A stretch of DNA of 24,247 bases from the IMG/VR virus record IMGVR_UViG_3300025103_000157, positions 1 through 24,247 of that record. One strand, 5' to 3'. The notes under the pieces are model-generated. The model was not told the DNA's origin and ran no database searches. It was given only the letters and a program-made list of their open reading frames with translations. This document shows, one piece after another, positions 7,505-17,014 of this stretch. Position 1 is the stretch's first letter, and every line of letters starts with the position of its first letter. Both the position numbers and the translations under genes were made by a program. This DNA is from a virus. Lineage: Duplodnaviria; Caudoviricetes.

Positions 7505-10500
7505 TTATGTGAGACCGTTGATGTTGACAGTCACAATGTCGTTAGACACCATAGAAATCATGTTCAACGCCGAGTAGTTCTGGTCTCCAGGGCCTGCTTG
7601 GTTCCTGATCTGAGCAAATGCGTCAGAAGTTCCATCACCCATGAGCCAGACTTGTGTAGCCCACCGCGACGGTGACTGGTTTAAGACCCAAGTAGTACTG
7701 CTGTTGCTAGCACTGCTCGGGATTCGGTAAGCCTTCGCAACCTTGTAGTCGGTGATCCATTGCATTGGGTCACGGACCATCATGCTGATCTCAGCATCCG
7801 ATGGCATCGCTGCGTTTCTAGTCAAGGTGGTCAGAACCATCGAGGCTACCTTTCCTTGGAAGCTACGGTTTGAACCACGGCCACCAACGGTGAATTCACC
7901 CTCGAACTGACGATCCATTCTAGAACCGAACGAACCAGAGGTCCAGTTGAGTGCGGTGGACCTGTTGAGGCCCGCCACACCTGAGGACAGGCCGACGATT
8001 CGGATGTCGAATGCACTAGCGATTTCCGCAGCGGTGTGTCCGCCACTGTATCTCGCACCTGTAGATGCGATGTAAACTCCGTACCAAGTACCCGCTGTTG
8101 AGGACAGTCGGCCAAGGTAACACTCGTTTAATGCACCAGAACGTCCCCAACCGAAGTACATATCCCGACTGGAGTCCACTCGCAGGTAGATGTTGTCATC
8201 TGAACTTCCTGCACCCTCACCCTGATTCCAGATGTGCTGGTTCGAGCTGGCATTGTCAGAATTGAACACGATTGCCGTTGCCCACGGTCGGGCGTTGCTA
8301 TCGGTTGACGTGTTACCGGCACTTCCTGCGACAGCGGTGTTGCTAACGCCACCCATCTCTAAAGCACCTACGCTCGAAGACGAAACTATCATCTGACACC
8401 TTTCAGAACTTCCATCGAAGTCCAGAGCCTTAGTCCAATTAGTGGTAAGGGCTGCACTACTGGCAGCGGGTGCCGATACGGTAGTAATGTCAGTGGTGAC
8501 ATCTGGTTCCGCCATCGTTGTGTTTTGCACACCGATGTAAATCGACTGAGCTGTGTTGGTTCCGATGTTCTCGGACTTGAGCAGGGAGCTTCCCCAGTCA
8601 TCAACTGCTGTAGTGGTCGCATTGTCGCTGGCGAAAGAACCAGTGTCTTGGTACATGGCATGAACATCTTGGTTCGAATCGAACTCAAACGCTATGCCAA
8701 GTCTGGAGACAATCTGGGATTCAGTCAGTGACTTTAGATCAACGGCTACCGATGATACGGTGTACGCGCTAGACCCATTCGACCTGAAAGCACGGGCAAG
8801 GATATCCCCGGTGCTAATTTGGTAAAGGGTGACTCCCACACGGTACTCATTATAGTCAAGACCATCTGTGAAACTACTGGAGGGAACACCAATCCATACT
8901 TGATCGTTAGTCGCGGAGAAGGTAGGAATTATGTTATCATAAATCCACTGGCCGTCGATGACCATTCTCTCGCCTTGTGCTAACGTCTCATCCAGTTCGA
9001 TAAACGAACCGTCTGCTAGATCCGACCCACTTAGAGCCGTTGTACCAGTTACGTGAGTAGCTCCGGTGATACCTGCTGAGTAGGTAGAACCATTCATAGT
9101 AATCAGAGAACCATTGGAGATACCCTGACCAGCTTGGCTACCAGCGTGATACCAGTACAGTGGTGGTACGTCAGTTGCTACTGCAATCTCAACGTATGCC
9201 CCAGCAGTACCGGGAGTTCCAACATGGGTGACACCAGTGGTGTACTCAGCACTTAGATCAGTGGTGAACCGTAGTGCATCGCTGATGCTGGCGTCTTCCA
9301 GTAAGAACCGGTAAGTGTAGCCAGCGTTTAATGTCGGGAAGGTTGTGCTTCCGTTGAACGACATAACGTTAGCCGACTCAGTTACATTGAACCAAGACGA
9401 TGGCAGCGGCGTGTCAATCTCACTTAGACCTGTGGTGCTAATATCCATCGTGCAACCAATCGTAGCAAATACGATGTTGGCTGTGCTTGAGCCGTAACCC
9501 GGTACATTTTTAAGTCGGGTAAATGAACCCATTCCTGTGGAAGGGGAAGGCTCGGTGTTGATGTTAGCTACAGAGCAGGCAATCAAGTAAGCAGTAGTTC
9601 CGCTTATTTCAATTGCGTAATCGTAGAACGCATCCGTCAACGAATTAACAATCTGAGTGTTAGACGATGAACTGATGTTGTCCTGAAGTCTCGAATAGTG
9701 AGCTGACGTTCCGTTGTAGTACCAGCTAATGTAGCAGTCGAAATCACTTGTCTCAACTGTACTGACATCGAAGCCGGATTCCAATACACCACAGATAATT
9801 TGATCACCTGGGTTTTGCATACGTGGCAGGATGTAGGTTTCTACAAATTGCTTGGTAATAATGAAACGACTTCCATCTTCCAATTGATCGTCCCACTCAA
9901 CTACAGATTCGACGTCCAGTGTGTCGGAATCGATCAAAGCAGTCGAGGTAGCTTCGTGGGTAAAGCCAGAGATAATCGTTGCGGGAAGAGTCAAGTTGTT
10001 GACGGTCAGGGTCAGGGTTCCAGTAGAAGAACTGTAGGCATTCGTTCTGGTAACCGTGATGACGTATTCGTCAGATGGGTTAGTCACGTTGTCGCCAGCT
10101 ACTTCTGGGGCCGTACCTGCGATTGAACCTAGATTGAAGTTCATTCCTGCTGGTAAGCCGGTCACTGCTGTAGTCCAGTTAAAAGAACCTACTGGGTCAA
10201 TCTGAATGTTGAGAGAGGTGTTCTCGTCAACAGACATCGTTTGAGTTCCGTAGGTAGTAGGACCAAACAAAGAGTCAGCTTGTGTTGGGATCTCGGTGTA
10301 CGTGATCGAACCAGCGTTACTCGGTGCCGACGTTCCGTTTGAAACACCGTCCGTATCTGGCATCCACCAAGTAGACTGTGTTTGTTCGTCAACAAAGACG
10401 TTGGACGTTGAGTCACCACTTCCGCCAGCTACGTTGTCGTCATGCCAATCAGATTCTTCCTGAGTTGCAAACAGTGGGTAGTGGAAAGTCCCATCTGGAC

Positions 10501-12349
10501 TTTCGATGTAGCGGTAGTTCAAACTAGGGGCTACCGGATCTAGTAGGTGTACCTCTGGGTCTTCCCAAAGAGACATTCCACCGGATTGTCCGTACAGCTT
10601 AACTACTAAACCGTAGTCATCTTCAGGCAGTTGGTAACTACTTCTAGCCAATAGGATGTAGGTGTTGGTTACGCCTTCGTCATAATACCATACACAGGCA
10701 TAGCCTTGTTCGTTGATACCAACTTTGCATAAAATAGGTGTGTTAGCAACCAAATCAGCTTGTAAGTCGGTCTTGTATCGGAACAACTTAGATTGGTCAC
10801 TTCCGAGCCAGCCTGGTCCGTAGATCAAACCAGAATTAGAACCGTAGGTCGTCCAAGGACCCATGTAGCTACCGTAGTCGTACAGAGCGTGTGACCATTT
10901 TATACCAGCGTGATCATTGACGTTGCCAGAAGTCTCTAGTTCCGTGATGTCCCCGTCTGCGGTGGAGTAAAGTCCTAGAATGATTCGCCCGTGACCAGTC
11001 CACTTAACAGTGTAGTGTTCGCCAATCTGATCGATGGTCTCATCTGACCAGTAGCGACCGTAGTGGGAGTACTGGGGTGCATAGTCTGCGTCACCAACGG
11101 GGTCAATCAATCCGTAGGTATTTGCAGTTACAGGCACACCTGTGGAGGTCGGGAAAGTTGGGAGGGGCACAGTTCCGCCGACACCCAAGGGAGTGACAGA
11201 GAACAGGGCATTCAACTGGTTAACAACCGATTGTGCTGTACCGGTAATGGTTGCCCCAGCGATGGTTACATTGCTTGAATAAACTTGTGTGTAAATCTCA
11301 GAACCTTGGGCACCGTGTTCCACGATGGAGATAGTACCATCAGATTCCAAGTTAGCTTGGATAGCGTTCACAGGGAAGGCATCGCCGTTGTCTACCAAGA
11401 CAGTAGTGTTAGTTGCGTCACGCTGGAAATCCAAGTTGACGGAGGCACCTTGCGAGGTCGTTACGTGGGTGGCCGAAGCTGACTCAAGTAAGAACTCGAT
11501 GCGGTTTCCGTCATTAACAAATCCAAGGTTACTAACAACAAACTCGTAAGTACCTTCTGGATAATTTGTGGAGGTAGAGAATGCTCCGAACAAAAGGTCT
11601 TCGTCGGCGGCTTGTGGGCCAATGCTGGAAAAGGCTTCCAGTGAGGCTTCTACTTGGGTTACGTTGTCAAAGACACCGGGGTCGTCGCCCCACCAAAGAA
11701 GAATCGTCTCACCAATGTAAGAAGTCAGGTCAGGGGCGATGTAGGTTTGGCGGCTTCTGAACCAGATAGCCGAGTCCTGCCCGTCGCCTTGAGCTTGGGT
11801 GTAGATTGTAAAGAAGGGAGAACCACCAGCTCGAACGTCAATGAGAGCATAACCAGAGGTTAGGCTTTCAAGGGTCATTTCTAGCTGGGAGTTACCGTTA
11901 TAGATATAGTACCAGTTCGCCTTCTCAGATGTGTTGGCACTGTTTTTGAAGTACCAACCTTGAGATACGTTGGTGGGATCAGTTTCGCCAGCTTTACCAT
12001 CGGCGTAAACACTTGGGTTGGTGTTAAGAAGGAGGGTGGTACTGTCACCAGCGGTCTGGTTCAAGAAGTCAGCACCGGTTACGTTACAGTTCTCATCAAT
12101 GTAAGTAACACATTCTGCTGCCGATGCAAAGTTAACACCTTCTGCTGTTTGAAATTCCGTGTAAGGAATTGCGTAAAAAACGTATTTGTCGCTGCCGTCG
12201 CCAGTTTCAATATCGTTGACAATATTGATTGCGTTGGAATCGTCGGTATTGACTTGACCAGACAGACAGGCGTTAAAATACACCGGCTGTGTAGAGCCAA
12301 CAAACGTGATGCAGTTACCAGCATCGTTTCTTGTGATACGAATTGCCAT
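7505..12349 (-). CDS. Large multidomain virion fibre/adhesin-like protein (1614 aa)
   Basis: S/T/G/D-rich beta-type composition; Ig-like segment (TGLPAGMNFNLGSIAGTAP), internal duplicated domain, C-terminal LamG/lectin-like region (ALDFDGS...FTVGGRG...FQGKVASM); GGAG RBS. Confidence 0.7.
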   Translation of the reverse strand: MAIRITRNDAGNCITFVGSTQPVYFNACLSGQVNTDDSNAINIVNDIETGDGSDKYVFYAIPYTEFQTAEGVNFASAAECVTYIDENCNVTGADFLNQTAGDSTTLLLNTNPSVYADGKAGETDPTNVSQGWYFKNSANTSEKANWYYIYNGNSQLEMTLESLTSGYALIDVRAGGSPFFTIYTQAQGDGQDSAIWFRSRQTYIAPDLTSYIGETILLWWGDDPGVFDNVTQVEASLEAFSSIGPQAADEDLLFGAFSTSTNYPEGTYEFVVSNLGFVNDGNRIEFLLESASATHVTTSQGASVNLDFQRDATNTTVLVDNGDAFPVNAIQANLESDGTISIVEHGAQGSEIYTQVYSSNVTIAGATITGTAQSVVNQLNALFSVTPLGVGGTVPLPTFPTSTGVPVTANTYGLIDPVGDADYAPQYSHYGRYWSDETIDQIGEHYTVKWTGHGRIILGLYSTADGDITELETSGNVNDHAGIKWSHALYDYGSYMGPWTTYGSNSGLIYGPGWLGSDQSKLFRYKTDLQADLVANTPILCKVGINEQGYACVWYYDEGVTNTYILLARSSYQLPEDDYGLVVKLYGQSGGMSLWEDPEVHLLDPVAPSLNYRYIESPDGTFHYPLFATQEESDWHDDNVAGGSGDSTSNVFVDEQTQSTWWMPDTDGVSNGTSAPSNAGSITYTEIPTQADSLFGPTTYGTQTMSVDENTSLNIQIDPVGSFNWTTAVTGLPAGMNFNLGSIAGTAPEVAGDNVTNPSDEYVITVTRTNAYSSSTGTLTLTVNNLTLPATIISGFTHEATSTALIDSDTLDVESVVEWDDQLEDGSRFIITKQFVETYILPRMQNPGDQIICGVLESGFDVSTVETSDFDCYISWYYNGTSAHYSRLQDNISSSSNTQIVNSLTDAFYDYAIEISGTTAYLIACSVANINTEPSPSTGMGSFTRLKNVPGYGSSTANIVFATIGCTMDISTTGLSEIDTPLPSSWFNVTESANVMSFNGSTTFPTLNAGYTYRFLLEDASISDALRFTTDLSAEYTTGVTHVGTPGTAGAYVEIAVATDVPPLYWYHAGSQAGQGISNGSLITMNGSTYSAGITGATHVTGTTALSGSDLADGSFIELDETLAQGERMVIDGQWIYDNIIPTFSATNDQVWIGVPSSSFTDGLDYNEYRVGVTLYQISTGDILARAFRSNGSSAYTVSSVAVDLKSLTESQIVSRLGIAFEFDSNQDVHAMYQDTGSFASDNATTTAVDDWGSSLLKSENIGTNTAQSIYIGVQNTTMAEPDVTTDITTVSAPAASSAALTTNWTKALDFDGSSERCQMIVSSSSVGALEMGGVSNTAVAGSAGNTSTDSNARPWATAIVFNSDNASSNQHIWNQGEGAGSSDDNIYLRVDSSRDMYFGWGRSGALNECYLGRLSSTAGTWYGVYIASTGARYSGGHTAAEIASAFDIRIVGLSSGVAGLNRSTALNWTSGSFGSRMDRQFEGEFTVGGRGSNRSFQGKVASMVLTTLTRNAAMPSDAEISMMVRDPMQWITDYKVAKAYRIPSSASNSSTTWVLNQSPSRWATQVWLMGDGTSDAFAQIRNQAGPGDQNYSALNMISMVSNDIVTVNINGLT

Positions 12350-12359
12350 TCTATATCTC

Positions 12360-13214
12360 CTATCGTTGTATACTACACAACATGCTAATGGGTTGAATTT
12401 CAGTTTGGTTATTACATCTGATGGCGGGGAGAGCAGCCACGTTTAGGTCACCGACGTGTGCGAAGTAAGCAGTCATGGGGTGACGAACGAGGTAAGTGTT
12501 TCCAACTGTAGATGTACCGAAAAAGATGGGTTGGCCTGGAAGTTCAATGACCGAGATTTGATTTTTGTCAGCGTCTCGCTCCATCCAGATTAATCCGATC
12601 TCTAATGTGGAGTTTCCGATCGATGGTCGAACATTGAAGTCAAAACGAAGTTCTAACTTAGCACCCAGTTGTACTTCTTCCATGAACAGTGAGCCAGTTG
12701 AGGCAGTCCAAGGATCACCACTACCTGTGAGTGTACCACCTGCGTTGAGTGCAGTTGAGTTAAAGTCAAATAACTTACTCACACCTACAGGTAGTTGAGT
12801 TCCACCGAACAAACCCTTAGTGGCGTCGTAGCCAGCAACCTGAGTAGTGTCTGGATCAGACCAGTAGATGTTGTCGTTGGCGGCTTGGGCGGCTGAGGAC
12901 AGACCAAAGGTTCGCCAAGTGCGAGCCTCGGCTTGGGCCGTGGTGTAAGTAATATTATCACCGGTGTTAGATACCCCTGCCGTACCGGATTGTCTCTCAA
13001 CAAATCCACCAGTGAACTCCACGCCGGAGTCAGTCTTATCACCTTCTTCACCGGACTGGCCGATGAGGTATTGCTGAATAGCCATAACCTCGGGTGCTAT
13101 TCGTTCCCAGTCATCAGAGTTGGGGTCCACGTTCGAGTTACGGTCAACTCGGTCGGGGTTTTTTGTCAAACCATTCCAGAGCGATGCTGGGAAGGATGGA
13201 TTATTATAAGGCAT
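12360..13214 (-). CDS. Hypothetical virion-associated protein (284 aa)
   Basis: GAGG RBS; short N-terminal SFPASLW...EVMAIQQYL segment followed by a beta-rich domain; function unknown. Confidence 0.6.
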   Translation of the reverse strand: MPYNNPSFPASLWNGLTKNPDRVDRNSNVDPNSDDWERIAPEVMAIQQYLIGQSGEEGDKTDSGVEFTGGFVERQSGTAGVSNTGDNITYTTAQAEARTWRTFGLSSAAQAANDNIYWSDPDTTQVAGYDATKGLFGGTQLPVGVSKLFDFNSTALNAGGTLTGSGDPWTASTGSLFMEEVQLGAKLELRFDFNVRPSIGNSTLEIGLIWMERDADKNQISVIELPGQPIFFGTSTVGNTYLVRHPMTAYFAHVGDLNVAALPAIRCNNQTEIQPISMLCSIQR

Positions 13215-13224
13215 GTGTGACCTC

Positions 13225-14931
13225 TTATAAAAACTTAGCTATGTTAGTGTTGTGAGCAATTGAGGCACCGCACGGTAGGGCCATTTCTGCGTAGTTGAGT
13301 GCGTGACCATAGTGATCAGGCTTGCCGAAGTTACGGTAGATAGCGTAGGGATGGCCCTCAGCGTCTTTCTCGTAAACTCGGACCAAGTTCTTACAGTGTT
13401 CGCCAAACCCGCGAGGTAAGTCACGAGGGAGTTCAATGCGATTGGAGTAGAACCTGCCTAAGCAGATATCTAACCAGTTGGTCCTATCGGTTTTGAGCAT
13501 GGGGGCGTAAGTGCCGTCGTCCTCGATGCTCATCTCCTTGCCACTACGTCCTACGACGTACTTTGACATCCATACAAAGCCGGGGAAGCGTCGAGCAAAA
13601 CGTCTAGCGTCCTGTGCCCCCGGTTCCATATCCACGACACAGGCTTTAACCTGCCACTCGTGCATAAGACGGTCGGGGTACATCTCGAAGTCTTCTTGGT
13701 GAAACCGGCCTGCGTCCAGCACTCGGCATCGAGCCGAAGTGTTGAGGTCTACAGACGCTTGGTCGTAGAGCCATTCGCAGACGACGTAGTTACACCACTC
13801 GCCTCTATCTATGCCCATAGTAATCATGCGGTTTTCGCCGGGCTTGGGAGCCAGCTCTTTACATGCGTACTGCTTGGTGTTGCGTGTGATCATCACATCG
13901 CTAACTTGAGAGTTCTGTCCGACGAAAGGTTCGCCTAAGATACTCTTGTGAAACTCCTGTCTTGCGAAGGAGTTGGTCTGCCCTTTGAACCAGTCAATCA
14001 CGATCTCGCCAGCGGTCACAGTATAACTGTAGAGCTGGTTGATCTTGAACCCACGTCGGTCAGGGTCTGTGCCTGCAACTGTAGGCTCCCAGATACCGGT
14101 GTTGGTAAGGGCTTGTAGTTTGTCATCTTGCCGGACAAAATTGTTTTTGTCTTTGAACTCTTTGAACTTGTAACCGCACAGAGTACACTTGTAGTAACTC
14201 TTGTAGCAGTCTGGGTCCGTCATGTCTTCGCCACAAATCTCGATAGAGTCGGGGAAGCGTAGTTCGTCCATCTTGTTGCAGCCTGGGCATTTGAACCGGA
14301 AGTGTTCCTGCGTACTCTTAGCGTACTCCAGACTTACTCCGTGTCCGGGCACTGTGGGCGTACTAATGAACCAGACCTTCTTTTCAGGTTGTCCACGTAG
14401 ACGCTGTAATGCCAGCTCGATCTGCGATTGATCCATCTCATCTAATTCATCGAGAATCAAACATGAAACGGGAATAGACTTCAGTGCGTTATCACCACGA
14501 CTACCGCGAATGTAGAGCGACACGTTGCCTGCCATTTTCAGACCAACATTGTTCGCGTCCGTGAACACCCTACTTAAGTAAGGTGACATTCGCAGAGCGG
14601 GATTAAACCTTGAGCGTGAGAAGTCGGAAGCGTCTCCCAATGTGGGCAGGACGTACAACACGTTCTTCTTTAACACGTCTACTGTGTAGAGGGCTAGGTT
14701 GATACCTACCTCGGTGTAACCGGCCTGAGCCGACTTCATAGAAACGTTCCACGACGCTTTGCTGTTGTGGAGTTCCCGACACCAAGGGTGATACTTAAAA
14801 GAGTACGGTCCCTCGAAAGGATGACCCATGACTCTTCTTTTCTCTGCCCACTTGGAGGGTAATGATATGGTACGGTTCTCGACTTGATTTTTTAGTTCGT
14901 CGAGGAAGTCTCCCATTAAACCATCGCTCAT
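13225..14931 (-). CDS. terL: Terminase large subunit, lambda GpA-like (568 aa)
   Basis: Walker A-like MKSAQAGYTE, Walker B LILDELDEM, ISTPT, CPGC...CTLC Zn motif, nuclease MGID and DHY; ATG 14931 with GGGAG RBS preferred over TTG 15000. Confidence 0.93.
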   Translation of the reverse strand: MSDGLMGDFLDELKNQVENRTISLPSKWAEKRRVMGHPFEGPYSFKYHPWCRELHNSKASWNVSMKSAQAGYTEVGINLALYTVDVLKKNVLYVLPTLGDASDFSRSRFNPALRMSPYLSRVFTDANNVGLKMAGNVSLYIRGSRGDNALKSIPVSCLILDELDEMDQSQIELALQRLRGQPEKKVWFISTPTVPGHGVSLEYAKSTQEHFRFKCPGCNKMDELRFPDSIEICGEDMTDPDCYKSYYKCTLCGYKFKEFKDKNNFVRQDDKLQALTNTGIWEPTVAGTDPDRRGFKINQLYSYTVTAGEIVIDWFKGQTNSFARQEFHKSILGEPFVGQNSQVSDVMITRNTKQYACKELAPKPGENRMITMGIDRGEWCNYVVCEWLYDQASVDLNTSARCRVLDAGRFHQEDFEMYPDRLMHEWQVKACVVDMEPGAQDARRFARRFPGFVWMSKYVVGRSGKEMSIEDDGTYAPMLKTDRTNWLDICLGRFYSNRIELPRDLPRGFGEHCKNLVRVYEKDAEGHPYAIYRNFGKPDHYGHALNYAEMALPCGASIAHNTNIAKFL

Positions 14932-14944
14932 AACTCTCCCTTTC

Positions 14945-15031
14945 AAAAAATGTCTGCCGACAGGAGGCACACCCACGGTGAACGGTAGGAAATTTCTCAA
15001 CTACCTGAACCGGGGTGCCCTCGCATCGGAC
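14945..15031 (-). promoter_or_regulatory. Long imperfect hairpin plus U6 tract in terL leader
   Basis: Nested pairings CCGA/TCGG, GAGGGCACCC/GGGTGTGCCTC, CGGT/ACCG, GGTAG/CTACC, then TTTTTT just before the RBS. Confidence 0.55.
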
Positions 15032-15349
15032 TTATAGTAAAAACATAAGACACAACGAAACCATTACTCGAAGGATCTTATCCCAGTTGTCGTACAACCA
15101 AGTCTTTAGGTCTTCCCAAGAGGCTCCCTTCCAATCGAACTTCTTCATACGAGCGTATCGTTCGATGCGGGCGAGGCCACGGCGGGTGACGTTCATGTTA
15201 GTTGTGAGGACATCATCTTTAGCTGCAAACAGTTCGTAGATGGAAGCGTTGACGTTAATCATCTCTTCCGTCATAGGTCGGCCTTCACGTGCTACACGCT
15301 TGCTGATCTGTGCCATTGCTTGCTTGAGGTCTTTTCTTTTGTTCATCAT
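15032..15349 (-). CDS. Hypothetical protein with C-terminal amphipathic/membrane anchor
   Basis: 105 aa; basic body; ends WEDLKTWLYDNWDKILRVMVSLCLMFLL; ATGA overlap with thioredoxin stop. Confidence 0.75.
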   Translation of the reverse strand: MMNKRKDLKQAMAQISKRVAREGRPMTEEMINVNASIYELFAAKDDVLTTNMNVTRRGLARIERYARMKKFDWKGASWEDLKTWLYDNWDKILRVMVSLCLMFLL

Positions 15350-15675
15350 TTGATCCCATCATATGGATTGTTATCTTGCTTGACCAGTCTCTTAACGAAC
15401 CACTTCTCTTCGGTGGCTCCCGCAGTCCTGTGCTTTTCCTTACCGTTCTCGTAGATCAAGAACTGGGGGTAGGCACGGGCTTTGTACTTCTTAGGGAAGT
15501 CTTTGTTCTGCGGCTCATCTACATCGAACACGTACACGAGGTAACCATCGGCTTTGAGTGATTTCATCAGCGGGTACATCTTCTTGCACCAGTGACACCA
15601 CTCTGCGGTGAGCATAACCAAGTAGTTCTTCTTTTCGTTACCATCTTCGATGATTTGTTTTGGCGTGAAGTCCAT
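15346..15675 (-). CDS. Thioredoxin-family protein (109 aa; frame is open to 15972, giving up to 208 aa)
   Basis: LVMLTAEWCHWCKKM active site, YPQF cis-Pro loop, YENGKE; GAGGAGG RBS before ATG 15675. Confidence 0.85.
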   Translation of the reverse strand: MDFTPKQIIEDGNEKKNYLVMLTAEWCHWCKKMYPLMKSLKADGYLVYVFDVDEPQNKDFPKKYKARAYPQFLIYENGKEKHRTAGATEEKWFVKRLVKQDNNPYDGIK

Positions 15676-15968
15676 TACTTCTTCCTCCTCAGTGCGGCGG
15701 TGCGAGGGTGAACCTTGTGGATGATCCTCTCTCTTCCAGTCGTAAAAGTGTCGTAGGGGTTCTGACTCTCCTGCTGCGGTTCCGGTTGTGGTTCCGGTAT
15801 CACTTCCAGGTCCGGGTGGGACTCGGACGCTAACTGTAGTGCCGACATTAAAATCTTCAACAAGTCGTTGAGCTTGTTTGCCCATTTGACAGGTCGCTTG
15901 GTGCCCAACTGTATAAACAAAGAGCGTTGCCAAGCAACCCAACGTCGCCATATTTGAAAGTACTTCAT
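15675..15968 (-). CDS. Hypothetical 97-aa protein (Trp-rich amphipathic N-terminus, PEPQ linker)
   Basis: AGGA 8 nt before ATG 15968; its TAA overlaps the thioredoxin ATG (TAATG); competes with the 208-aa extension in another frame. Confidence 0.5.
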   Translation of the reverse strand: MKYFQIWRRWVAWQRSLFIQLGTKRPVKWANKLNDLLKILMSALQLASESHPDLEVIPEPQPEPQQESQNPYDTFTTGRERIIHKVHPRTAALRRKK

Positions 15969-15978
15969 TCATACTATC

Positions 15979-17004
15979 CTATCTGTTTTGCATGTTGTAG
16001 TCGATACGCTGTGCTGGGAATCCGATGAATCCACTGAGGGCGAAGCTGTCACCATCAGCACAAATCTCATCGATGGTCTTAGCATCTACCCAGAACGAAC
16101 CATCAGGCTGTCCGTGTCGCTTAGGACCCTTTACCCAGTCAGCTCCCCAACTGTTCTGAATCAGAACGCCCTTGCGGTCAGACTGATCGTCAACAGCGAT
16201 ACCGGTCATGGCGTGATACCAAGTTCCGCATCGCTCTAAAAAGCCTTCGCTGTCTCTACCGTTCTGGTTGTGCTTCGAGCATTTGCCGAAACCAACGCTT
16301 GAGCAGAAAGCTACGGGGTAACCGTTGCAGATGGCATCGCGTACATCGTTGTACGAGCGGACCAAAGCGAATGATCGGATTGGGTGCTTCTTTGCTGTTG
16401 GCTCTAGCTCGTCAGGCATACCTGTCTTGCCCCACTTGCGGGCCAAGGCGGGATCATACTGAGTTAGGTCGTAGTCACCATACTTCTTACGCATAAGCAC
16501 ACCGTAGTCACGGCAGAACTCTGCACACCACAGTCCAAAGCTACCGTCACCGGCGAGGACTGATTTGTTGTTGTATCGCTGGACACCAATCTCGTAGCGT
16601 GAACCACCGTAGACTGACTCCGTGCTAACCTTGCCTTCCCACTTCTCAGCGTAACCATTCTGGTAAATCTGAGTAGCGGCTAGGATCTCAGTAGCGAGGG
16701 CGTAAGCCTGTCCGACACAATCACCGATCTTCTGGTGGTGCGTCTTGAACCCGCCGGGGATGGCCCGGTCGAGGTTCTTCCAAAGCAGGCTGATCTTGCC
16801 TTCACCGGAACCGATGAAGTGGCGAGCAGTCTGTTGCACCATGTAAGGGCGAGCGGTGTCTCGAAGGAATGCAGCGGATGCTGCTTTGTTAGGTAACCAC
16901 CCTGAGTAGACTGGTGTGCCAGAACCGTTAAGGGCCAATGCACCCGGCACCATAGCTCCGACTACTCCGCCAACACCTATCTTCAAAAAATTCCTTCGTT
17001 CCAT
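15979..17004 (-). CDS. Papain-like (C1) cysteine peptidase with Tat signal peptide
   Basis: MERRNFLK + hydrophobic h-region + ALA; oxyanion Gln/catalytic Cys in QKIGDCVG, His in WYHAM, Asn in IQNSWG; GGAG RBS. Confidence 0.88.
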   Translation of the reverse strand: MERRNFLKIGVGGVVGAMVPGALALNGSGTPVYSGWLPNKAASAAFLRDTARPYMVQQTARHFIGSGEGKISLLWKNLDRAIPGGFKTHHQKIGDCVGQAYALATEILAATQIYQNGYAEKWEGKVSTESVYGGSRYEIGVQRYNNKSVLAGDGSFGLWCAEFCRDYGVLMRKKYGDYDLTQYDPALARKWGKTGMPDELEPTAKKHPIRSFALVRSYNDVRDAICNGYPVAFCSSVGFGKCSKHNQNGRDSEGFLERCGTWYHAMTGIAVDDQSDRKGVLIQNSWGADWVKGPKRHGQPDGSFWVDAKTIDEICADGDSFALSGFIGFPAQRIDYNMQNR

Positions 17005-17014
17005 TTTGCTACTC

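Noticed and set aside
7505-12349. Large ORF as tape measure protein, intein host or DGR target
   Set aside because: Beta-rich rather than helical; no intein ends, reverse transcriptase or template repeat seen in the window
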